A stretch of DNA of 64,000 bases from Candidatus Latescibacterota bacterium (GTDB lineage: Bacteria; Latescibacterota; UBA2968; UBA8231): contig OZ244561.1 of NCBI GenBank assembly GCA_965217585.1, forward strand, positions 704,001-768,000, given 5' to 3'. Positions 44,968 through 53,111 of this stretch are shown here, in pieces (position 1 is the stretch's first letter; every line of letters starts with the position of its first letter). The notes beneath the pieces were generated by a model that made no database searches, was not told the DNA's origin, and worked only from the letters and a program-made list of their open reading frames with translations. The position numbers were made by a program, and so were the translations under genes.

Positions 44968-46104
44968 ATGTTCGGAGATCGCCTAAAACTTGCCAGAAAA
45001 AAGTCCGGTTATTCGCTGCGCGGGCTGTCGGATGCACTGGACGGCCACGTCACCGCCCAAGCCATCGGGAAATACGAGCGGGGCGAGATGATGCCGAGTT
45101 CCGACGTCCTAATCCGGTTATCTAAGACTCTTGGCGTGTCCCTTGAATACCTGCTGAGCGAAGAGGTCGAAGAGCTTGAGGCGGTGGAATTTCGGAAGCT
45201 TTCCGGCACGTCGGCTGGCGAAAGAGCGCGGGTGTCGGCTGAAGTGATCGACTGTTTGCAGCGCTATCTGACGATTGAGGAAATCCTAGGCCTAGATAGC
45301 GGGGTATGGAGTGCGCCGCAATCCGGGAATCGTTGCCTCAATCAAGAAGATGACGGCGAAATCGTCGCCGAGGACATTCGTAGAGAATGGAAACTCGGTA
45401 TCGATCCCATCCCGAATATGACCGCCCTGCTTGAGGATTGGGGAATCAAGGTCTTGGTGATCGAATTGCCGGAGCGCGTGTCGGGCTTAACCTGCCTAGT
45501 TCGCAGACAACACCAGAAAGAGAAAGTCCCGGTGATTGTCGTAAACCGAAAAGCCACGCTTGAGAGGCGGCGGTTCACGCTTGCCCACGAGTTGGCACAC
45601 CGGCTAATCGACAAAAACTCTCCAGTGGACCACGAAAAAGCATCGAACGTCTTTGCGGGAGCCTTTCTCATTCCGCGAGATCATCTCGTCAGAGAGATTG
45701 GAGAAGCCCGCAAGGCTATCGGCTACCAAGAACTGATCCAACTCAAGCGGATGTACCGGGTTGGCGCGGCAACGCTGCTCGTGCGCTTCAAGCAGGTAGA
45801 CGTGATCAATGAATCGACGCTCGCCTATGCGTTCCAGACCTTTGCACGCGGATGGCGCTCCAACGAGCCAGAACCGCTGGAGGAGAACGGCGAAGAAGGA
45901 CAGCACGAGGTGCCGCGACGGTTTGAGCGGCTTTGTTATTGGGCGCTGGCCGAGGGCCTCATTTCACCAAGCAAGGCCGGAGAGTTGCTTCAGCAGCCTC
46001 GCCACAAGATCGAGCAGGGATTGAGGGGGCCGGTTGAGGCTGATGCGGCTTCTGACGTTACGCACCCGTCATTCTCGCGCAAGCGGGTTTCACCGCGCCT
46101 TTAG
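44968..46104 (+). CDS. XRE HTH fused to ImmA/IrrE-family metallopeptidase
   Basis: GDRLKLAR...QAIGKYERG HTH and RRFTLAHELAH (HExxH). Confidence 0.92.
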   Translation: MFGDRLKLARKKSGYSLRGLSDALDGHVTAQAIGKYERGEMMPSSDVLIRLSKTLGVSLEYLLSEEVEELEAVEFRKLSGTSAGERARVSAEVIDCLQRYLTIEEILGLDSGVWSAPQSGNRCLNQEDDGEIVAEDIRREWKLGIDPIPNMTALLEDWGIKVLVIELPERVSGLTCLVRRQHQKEKVPVIVVNRKATLERRRFTLAHELAHRLIDKNSPVDHEKASNVFAGAFLIPRDHLVREIGEARKAIGYQELIQLKRMYRVGAATLLVRFKQVDVINESTLAYAFQTFARGWRSNEPEPLEENGEEGQHEVPRRFERLCYWALAEGLISPSKAGELLQQPRHKIEQGLRGPVEADAASDVTHPSFSRKRVSPRL

Positions 46105-46165
46105 GTGACATCCAGTGGGGATCGTCTGCTCCCAAGGGCCAACCCTCCGAATGTTCAGACGGCTT

Positions 46166-47032
46166 CTAAGATATTTCAATGCGTTGGACGACCTCGCGAA
46201 AGAAATCCTGCGACCAAACATCGATGGTTCGCGGGTCGCGCACAAACCGCATCACATCGTCCTGGGCGCGCCCAACATCGAGTTGGTCAACCGCTTGGCG
46301 CAAGAGTTCCATGAGGCGGCCCCGCGTCAAAGGCATCTCGTCCCGATAATCGCCCGACTGCCTCATGCGCTCCTCTAGATGGCTCAGACGCACCTGTGGA
46401 TGACGGCCGACGTACCAGACTAGATCGTACCAGTCCCGCCCCTTGACACGAGTCTGCCACCTCCGGCACAGGATGGCGTGTAGCTTACCAGCGAACAGAT
46501 CGGGCAGGCTATAAACGCGCACCGCAAACGGAATAGGTTGCAGCAGATAGCGGCTCTCGGTCTCAAAGCCGCCGGGTGGGTCGGTGTCCACTTCGAGTTT
46601 GATCCGCAGAGCCGATCCGGGATGCAGGCCGGGGAACCGTTCGGCGTCTGCTTCGATGACGAGCAACTGTTTGAGCGTATGGGCCTTGAGAAAGGCCGAC
46701 TCAATAGCCGTCTGCCGGGTCGGCTCTCTTTGCTCAAACTCGACGCTAAAGCCAAAACTGCCGATCTCGCGCAAGAGGGACTCGCCATATTGCCCAAGCG
46801 AAAATCCCGGGTCGGGTGCCAGCAACGAGAAGTCAATGTCCTCGGAATAGCGATCTAGGCCGTAGAGTACGCGCAGGGCCGTGCCTCCGTAGAAGGCGGC
46901 ATGCTCGAAAAACTTGCTGCGCCAGAGGCCGAGCAACGCCAGTTCCTGTAGTATTTCCCGCAGCGCATTGACGTAATCGTCGCGCGTTTCAGGTGCGTAT
47001 CGGTCGAGCATGGGACGAATGGCCTCATGCAT
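46166..47032 (-). CDS. AbiEii-family nucleotidyltransferase toxin
   Basis: FYGGTALR...RYSEDIDF, AGKLHA and KGRDWYD motifs. Confidence 0.92.
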   Translation of the reverse strand: MHEAIRPMLDRYAPETRDDYVNALREILQELALLGLWRSKFFEHAAFYGGTALRVLYGLDRYSEDIDFSLLAPDPGFSLGQYGESLLREIGSFGFSVEFEQREPTRQTAIESAFLKAHTLKQLLVIEADAERFPGLHPGSALRIKLEVDTDPPGGFETESRYLLQPIPFAVRVYSLPDLFAGKLHAILCRRWQTRVKGRDWYDLVWYVGRHPQVRLSHLEERMRQSGDYRDEMPLTRGRLMELLRQAVDQLDVGRAQDDVMRFVRDPRTIDVWSQDFFREVVQRIEIS

Positions 47033-47678
47033 GGCTTCGCTCCTTCAGCGTCTGTAGGTAGCGCATGAGCCAATAGAGCTTCCGCGAATCGTAGGCTCTC
47101 GCGATCACCTCGAGGCGGTCGTGGTCGAAGACGGCCAATCGGGCGAGATCCAGCCGCAGGTCGTCCAGCAAATACGAACCGTAGGTCGCCAAGCGAGTCC
47201 CGTCGAAGCGCTTGTCGGCCCATACCTTATCCGCCAGTGCCTTTTCTGGGGAAGCGATCAGGAAGGACAGATCGCCGTGCTCTGCTAGAAGGCCCCCAAC
47301 GGCGTAGCGGCTCTGACTCAGGCGACGGTAGGAGAACATTCCGTAGGGCGTAGTGAAGGTGCGCGACCGCCCCAATGTCACCGAGGTGACTGTCTCGACG
47401 CGTTCCGGTATGAGTCCGTGGTAGCTCAGTGCGTAGTCTAGGCTTATGTAGGAAGGCCCATAGATCAGATTGGCCAGCAGTTCCCGGCTGATGGGTGCTC
47501 GTCGGAGGGACTCGCCAAAGGCGTACAAGCCCTTCCTAATGCGCACGATTTCTCCACTAGCTAACAATCTGCGGATTTTGTCGCGGGGCTTGCTAAACTG
47601 GGACAAACAGGCGACCAGCTGCTGGTAATCGAAGACATCTCGAGCGATCTGCTGTCGCAATGGGGTCGTTTCAAGCAT
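47025..47678 (-). CDS. AbiEi-family antitoxin (type IV TA)
   Basis: IVRIRKGLY, PSYISLDYALSYHGLIPE and ASPEKALAD motifs; overlaps the toxin start. Confidence 0.9.
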   Translation of the reverse strand: MLETTPLRQQIARDVFDYQQLVACLSQFSKPRDKIRRLLASGEIVRIRKGLYAFGESLRRAPISRELLANLIYGPSYISLDYALSYHGLIPERVETVTSVTLGRSRTFTTPYGMFSYRRLSQSRYAVGGLLAEHGDLSFLIASPEKALADKVWADKRFDGTRLATYGSYLLDDLRLDLARLAVFDHDRLEVIARAYDSRKLYWLMRYLQTLKERSHA

Positions 47679-47702
47679 TTTGTACCGCAATAATATACAT
47701 CA

Positions 47703-47723
47703 ATGTCCACAATTAGTGGACAT
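47703..47723. promoter_or_regulatory. Inverted repeat upstream of AbiE (candidate operator)
   Basis: ATGTCCAC-AATTA-GTGGACAT. Confidence 0.6.
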
Positions 47724-47911
47724 AGTATGCTAAAAATGTGAGGTTCTGTCCAATTTTCTCCGCGCTGCCAGAGGGCACCGTCGAGTCGCTGCTGCCAGCA
47801 TCCCTACCATCTAACCTGCACATCGAGTATTTTTACGTTGAGTAATTGTCCTATACGTTCCCACGCCATAGACCTGCTCTGCCGTCTGCACGAGCCGAGC
47901 TCAGCTAATTC

Positions 47912-48655
47912 ATGTCCGATAACCAAACACCCGACGACCTAATTTGGGGCCGCCACCCCGTACTCGAAGCCCTCCGCGCCGAGCGCCCTCTGCGCCGCCT
48001 GCTCGTCGCCAAGGGTGCGCACGGCCCGGTCATCGACGAAATTTTCGCCCGCGCACGGCAGGCTCACATCCCCTATGATCTGCGCGACAAGGCCCAACTC
48101 GACCGCCTCGCCGGCCCCCACCACCAAAGCGTCGTCGCCTACGCGGCAGCCGCAACGTACGCGGACTTCGAGCACGTGCTCGCCCACCTGCCGACTCCAG
48201 CCCTGCTCCTCTTTCTCGACCAAGTGCAGGATCCCCACAACCTCGGTGCCATCATCCGCAGCGCCCACGCGCTCGGTGCGCAAGGCGTAGTCGTGCCCGC
48301 CCGCGAAGCTGCCGGCCTCTCGCCAGCCGCGCTCAAGGCCGCCGCCGGTGCGGCCCAGCACCTGCCCGTCTGCCGAGTTGACAACTTGCAAAAGGCCCTG
48401 CAAAAGGCCGCGGATTGTGGGCTTTTCATCGCCGGACTCGACGCCCAAGGCGAGCAGCCCTTGACGGCCGCGGACCTTGCCCAGCCCTGCGCCCTAGTCA
48501 TCGGCAGCGAGGGCAAGGGGCTGCGACGCATGGTGCAGAAGCGCTGCGACGCACTCCTGCACATCCCCATGCAGCGCGAGGCCATCGGCTCGCTCAACGC
48601 CTCTGTGGCCGCCGGCATCGCCCTGTACGAAGTACTGCGCCAGCGCCAGCCATGA
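47912..48655 (+). CDS. rlmB: 23S rRNA (Gm2251) methyltransferase
   Basis: GRHPVLEAL, DPHNLGAIIRS, GSEGKG and SLNASVA motifs. Confidence 0.93.
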   Translation: MSDNQTPDDLIWGRHPVLEALRAERPLRRLLVAKGAHGPVIDEIFARARQAHIPYDLRDKAQLDRLAGPHHQSVVAYAAAATYADFEHVLAHLPTPALLLFLDQVQDPHNLGAIIRSAHALGAQGVVVPAREAAGLSPAALKAAAGAAQHLPVCRVDNLQKALQKAADCGLFIAGLDAQGEQPLTAADLAQPCALVIGSEGKGLRRMVQKRCDALLHIPMQREAIGSLNASVAAGIALYEVLRQRQP

Positions 48656-51096
48656 TCGGCCTGCTGGTCCTCTGCCTGGCCCTCACCCATCCGCGCAGCA
48701 GCGAGGCGTCCCAGACCCAACTGCAACAGGCCCAAGCCCTGCTGACCCAAGCCAAGGGCCAGAACAAAGACCAAGGCTTTGCATACCAAGCCACCTATAT
48801 GAACTACTACGAGGTCGGCGACTCGCTCCTGTTGCAGGGGCAGGCCCGCATCTCGCACAAGGGCGCTGAGTTGGAGGCCGCCGAGATCGTCTTCCGCCGC
48901 GCCCTCGACCAAGTCGAAGCGCGAGCAACCCTCGATTCGCTTGGGCAGGTCATCGGCCGCCCGGTGTTGCGCCAAGGCGACCAAACGCTGCGCGGCGAGC
49001 GCATCCTCTACGACCTCTCCACCGAGCAAGGAACCATCCTCGAAGGCAAGATCCACCGCGACAAGGGATTTTACTCCGGACGCTTGATCCAGACCCGCAG
49101 CGGCACCGAGTTCCACGTCCACCAAGGCTCGTACACCACGTGCGAGGCCGATCACCCGCACTTCGACTTCTACAGCCCGCGGATCAAGGTCTTAGCCGGC
49201 GACATGGCCGTGGCGCGCCCCGTGTATTTCCGCATCAAGGAGCGGCGGCTGTTGTGGATTCCCTTCTATGTATTTTCGCTGCGCGAAGACCGCCAGTCTG
49301 GGCTTTTGACGCCGAGTTTTGGCAACCGCTCCCTTAGATATGGGGCGCGCCAAAGCGAGTGGGAGCTGCGCAACTTGGGCTACTACCTCGCGCCCAACGA
49401 CTATTGGGATCTGTCCCTTGCGGCCGACCTGCGGCAGCGCTCAGGCTGGCTAGGGCGCGCCCGCTTCAACTACACGGCGCGCTACCGATTCAGAGGGAAC
49501 GTCAGCACCCAGCTCGAAAATCGCCAAGATGGCCGCACAGCCTCGCGCAATTGGCGACTAGAATTCAGACACAGCCAAGAGCTAGGGCGCGACGCCAGCC
49601 TGCGGGCCAACGGCACCTTCCAGAGCAACAACAGCTTCGCCCAAGACAACAGCGCCAGCCTCCAAGACCGCCTCAACCGCACCCTGCGCTCCAATCTCAG
49701 CTACACTCGGCGCTGGCGCGGCTCGGGCAATAGCTTGGGCCTAAAAGCGAGCCAGACCAAAAACCTCGACACCGAGACGTTCTCCACCATTCTGCCCGAA
49801 CTCAGCCTGCGCAAGAGCCGCAAGCCGATTTGGGGCCAAGCGCCAAAGGGCTCAAGCCGTCAAAGCCGCCAAAACCTCCCCTGGTACAGTCGCATTTACT
49901 ACGACGGCAACGCCAGTCTGCGCAACACTCGGCGCGGCAGCCGCACGGACACGACCAGCAAAACTAGGGCCCAAGTGGTCTGGCGCGTCAGCGCGCAGTA
50001 CCGCCCCTTCTCTTGGCTCAATCTCAGCCCAGCACTCAACCAAGACTGGCGCGACCAAAATCTGCGCGAGAGCACAACCCGCAGCCGACGCAGCGACCGC
50101 TTCTCGACCCGCGCGGCCCTGAGCCAGACCTTCTACGGCCTTTTCAACCCATCCATCGGCCCGCTCCAAGCCCTGCGCCACGTGCTCAAACCCAGCGTCT
50201 CGTTCAACTATCAAGCCTCCCGCACCGACACCGGCGGCGTCTTGGGCTTTGGCGGCGACGGCAGCCAACTCCAACACCAACGGACATTGAACTTGCGCCT
50301 CGACAACACTTTCTGGGCCAAAGTCCTGCGCGACGAGGAGGAGCACAAAGTGCGCTTAGTCCAGCTCAATTTCGCGACGGCCTATAAATTTGAGCAAAAG
50401 GAAAACCAGCTAGACGACTTGCGGACTACTCTAAGCGTCGAGGCAGGTCGCTACCTAAATTCGCGGCTGACCTTGCGCCACGAATTCTACGACGAGCAAA
50501 ACCGACTGCACCTGTTGGCACCGCGCCGCGAGCAGCTTGAAGTGCGGACCTCGGTTAGCTGGTCGCGGCAGTCGAGGAAGGCGCGCTCGGACGCCGACCG
50601 GACCGATGGTTTCGGAACCTCCAACCGCTACGAACAGAGCAGCTTTGACTCCGCCAGCCGCTACGGACAAAGCAGCTTTGGCACTGCCAGCCGCTACGGC
50701 CGGGAATCCTTCGGCTTTGAAAGCGGCCTCATGCGCGACATCGACAACCGTCGCCGCGGCAGCCGCTTCCAGCTCAGCCACTACATCTCACACCGCCGCG
50801 CCACGACTACTAGTACCATCCGCTCTTGGGTACAGGCCTCGGCCGGCTTTAGCTTGTGGTCGAGCTGGTATTGCAATTATTCGCTCAACTACAACCTGCG
50901 CGCCCCGGGGACGCGGCTGTTGGCCAGCGAGCGCATCACTTCCGAACTGTTGTCCCTACAAAAGGAGTTCCACGACTGGACCGCGACCCTCAACGTGCAA
51001 CCGAGCACCTTCCACAAAAACCGGGCGTTCTTTTTTAAGGTGCAGTTGAAGGACATTCCGCAACTCAAACTCGAGCGCGGCCAGCGGCGCTTCTAG
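48652..51096 (+). CDS. Putative LPS assembly protein, LptD-like
   Basis: Signal peptide, OstA-like N-domain, GSYTTC..PHF, RQSGLLTP and a beta-barrel region. Confidence 0.8.
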   Translation: MIGLLVLCLALTHPRSSEASQTQLQQAQALLTQAKGQNKDQGFAYQATYMNYYEVGDSLLLQGQARISHKGAELEAAEIVFRRALDQVEARATLDSLGQVIGRPVLRQGDQTLRGERILYDLSTEQGTILEGKIHRDKGFYSGRLIQTRSGTEFHVHQGSYTTCEADHPHFDFYSPRIKVLAGDMAVARPVYFRIKERRLLWIPFYVFSLREDRQSGLLTPSFGNRSLRYGARQSEWELRNLGYYLAPNDYWDLSLAADLRQRSGWLGRARFNYTARYRFRGNVSTQLENRQDGRTASRNWRLEFRHSQELGRDASLRANGTFQSNNSFAQDNSASLQDRLNRTLRSNLSYTRRWRGSGNSLGLKASQTKNLDTETFSTILPELSLRKSRKPIWGQAPKGSSRQSRQNLPWYSRIYYDGNASLRNTRRGSRTDTTSKTRAQVVWRVSAQYRPFSWLNLSPALNQDWRDQNLRESTTRSRRSDRFSTRAALSQTFYGLFNPSIGPLQALRHVLKPSVSFNYQASRTDTGGVLGFGGDGSQLQHQRTLNLRLDNTFWAKVLRDEEEHKVRLVQLNFATAYKFEQKENQLDDLRTTLSVEAGRYLNSRLTLRHEFYDEQNRLHLLAPRREQLEVRTSVSWSRQSRKARSDADRTDGFGTSNRYEQSSFDSASRYGQSSFGTASRYGRESFGFESGLMRDIDNRRRGSRFQLSHYISHRRATTTSTIRSWVQASAGFSLWSSWYCNYSLNYNLRAPGTRLLASERITSELLSLQKEFHDWTATLNVQPSTFHKNRAFFFKVQLKDIPQLKLERGQRRF
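50611..50715 (+). repeat. 33-bp (11-aa) imperfect tandem repeat x3 in the LptD-like gene
   Basis: FGTSNRYEQSS / FDSASRYGQSS / FGTASRYGRES. Confidence 0.85.
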
Positions 51097-51205
51097 GGTG
51101 GTTGACAGTAGTACGGCGGGGGGTACATTTAACTTCTATGACCGATTTCCCTAGCGAGTTTTCCCAGATGCTGACGGCGTCCCCGCTGATCTTGCACTTC
51201 CTCCC

Positions 51206-51649
51206 GTGAAAGTCCTCGTCCAGCGCGTCAGCCACGCTAGCGTCCACGTCGATGGCCAGCTCCGCGGCCAAATCGGCCAGGGCCTGGTCCTGCTCGTCGG
51301 CTTCGGCCCTAGCGACGAGGACCAAGCGCTGCGCTTCTGCGCTGAAAAGTGCGCTCACCTGCGCATCTTCGCCGACGACCAAGGCAAGATGAATCGCTCG
51401 GTGCTCGATGTCGGCGGCGGCGTGCTCGCCATCTCGCAGTTTACCCTGTACGGCGACTGCCGCAAAGGCCGCCGCCCCAGCTTCGTCCAAGCCGCCCCAC
51501 CCGCTGTCGCCCAGCGCCTCTACGAGCGCTTCCTCGACCTTCTCGCCGCACAAGGCTTGCCGCCTCAACAAGGCGTCTTCGGTGCCTACATGCAGGTCGA
51601 AATCCACAACGACGGCCCGGTCACCTTGATGGTGGAGTCGCCAGCGTGA
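51206..51649 (+). CDS. dtd: D-aminoacyl-tRNA deacylase
   Basis: QRV, SQFTLYGD..KGRRP and NDGPVT motifs. Confidence 0.96.
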   Translation: MKVLVQRVSHASVHVDGQLRGQIGQGLVLLVGFGPSDEDQALRFCAEKCAHLRIFADDQGKMNRSVLDVGGGVLAISQFTLYGDCRKGRRPSFVQAAPPAVAQRLYERFLDLLAAQGLPPQQGVFGAYMQVEIHNDGPVTLMVESPA

Positions 51650-52233
51650 AGTCGCTCATCCTCGGCTCGGCCTCACCCCGGCGCGCCGCGCTGTTGCGCC
51701 AACTCACCCTGCCCTTTACAGTAGTCCCCAGTCCGCTGGCAGAGCCTGTGCCCACAACGTCCATCCCGGCCGACTACGCACTCGAATCGGCCGTGGCCAA
51801 AGCCCGCGCTGTGGCCAGCTCAGTCGCCGCAGACACCATCATCATCGCGGCGGACACCATCGTCTGTATCAACGGCGCGATATTGGGCAAGCCCGCCGAC
51901 GCGGCCGATGCGGCCTCCATGCTCGGTCGCCTCTCGGGCAAGGTCCATCAAGTCTATACCGGACTAGCCATCCAAAGCGGCGATCAGCTCTTGCAGGAAG
52001 CCGTTTGCACCCAAGTGGAGATGCGGCCCTTGACCGCCGCCGACATCGCCGCTTACGTCGCCAGCGGCGAACCCCTCGACAAAGCCGGTGGCTATGGCAT
52101 ACAGGGGCTAGGAGCGCGCTTTATTGAACGCATCGCAGGTTGTTATTATAATGTAGTTGGTCTGCCCCTAGCTCGTCTTTGCGTCCTCTTGAGCGCGGTG
52201 GGGTGCGACCTAAACGATCAGGCGACAAAATGA
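51646..52233 (+). CDS. maf: Maf family nucleotide pyrophosphatase
   Basis: SASPRR, ADTIV, GKP, DKAGGYGIQ and NVVGLP motifs. Confidence 0.93.
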   Translation: MKSLILGSASPRRAALLRQLTLPFTVVPSPLAEPVPTTSIPADYALESAVAKARAVASSVAADTIIIAADTIVCINGAILGKPADAADAASMLGRLSGKVHQVYTGLAIQSGDQLLQEAVCTQVEMRPLTAADIAAYVASGEPLDKAGGYGIQGLGARFIERIAGCYYNVVGLPLARLCVLLSAVGCDLNDQATK

Positions 52234-53111
52234 GCGAAGAAAAACAACCAACCATCGCAGAAGAATTGTCGGCCGCACGCCAAGCGCGCGGCCTCGACTT
52301 CGAAGAAGTCCAGCGACAGACCGGCATTAGTTTGTCCGTCTTACAGGGTATAGAAGCCGGCCAGTTCGATGTGGTCGAGCCGGTATTTGCCCGCCTAGCA
52401 CTGAAAGCATATGCCGAATTACTCGGTCTCGATCCCGAGCCGTTGCTGACCCGCTTCGACCAACAGCACGGCCAGGCCTTCCAACCTCGCCACCGACCTA
52501 CGGTCTTGCTATCGCAGCCTGTTCGGCGTCGCTCGCGGAAGCCGCTGATCGTCATCGGCTTGGTAATAGGTGCCTGCTGCGCCCTCGCTGTGGCGTTCTA
52601 CCTTTTCGGTGGTAGGGCTGCGCCATCACAGACCCCGGCCCAATCCTCCGCCCCACCACAAGCGACCGCCGTCCCGCCGCAAGCGGTCGTCGCCCAGCCC
52701 GAATCCCAGCCGACAACCGCTCCAAACGACCCGCTTGTCGCCCAGTCATCCACCGCAGACACCTCCGCGACTGTGGCGGCCGCACAAACCACCGAATCCG
52801 CCCCCGTCGTCCTCGAACTAGAAGCCCGCGACTCTACTTGGGTGCAGATCCGCTGGGATGACTCAGCAGAAAATTTTGAGCGCATCGTTCCACCTGGCGA
52901 GCGCCACCGCTTTGAGGCCCGCGACCACTTTGTCGTACTCTCGACCCGTCCCCACGGTCTGCGCTATTGGTTGGACGGCCAACTACTCGGCAACGGCCAA
53001 CTCGGCGACCCCACCAACGTGCTGCGCTTCCGCGCCACGGCCGACGGCATCGAATTACTAGGATCGAACTTACAGTCCCTAGCAGAAGAGGCTCCCGACG
53101 CCCAACCATGA
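52230..53111 (+). CDS. rodZ: RodZ-like HTH/TM/DUF4115 protein
   Basis: N-terminal HTH (YAELLGLD), a TM helix and C-terminal TWVQI. Confidence 0.75.
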   Translation: MSEEKQPTIAEELSAARQARGLDFEEVQRQTGISLSVLQGIEAGQFDVVEPVFARLALKAYAELLGLDPEPLLTRFDQQHGQAFQPRHRPTVLLSQPVRRRSRKPLIVIGLVIGACCALAVAFYLFGGRAAPSQTPAQSSAPPQATAVPPQAVVAQPESQPTTAPNDPLVAQSSTADTSATVAAAQTTESAPVVLELEARDSTWVQIRWDDSAENFERIVPPGERHRFEARDHFVVLSTRPHGLRYWLDGQLLGNGQLGDPTNVLRFRATADGIELLGSNLQSLAEEAPDAQP

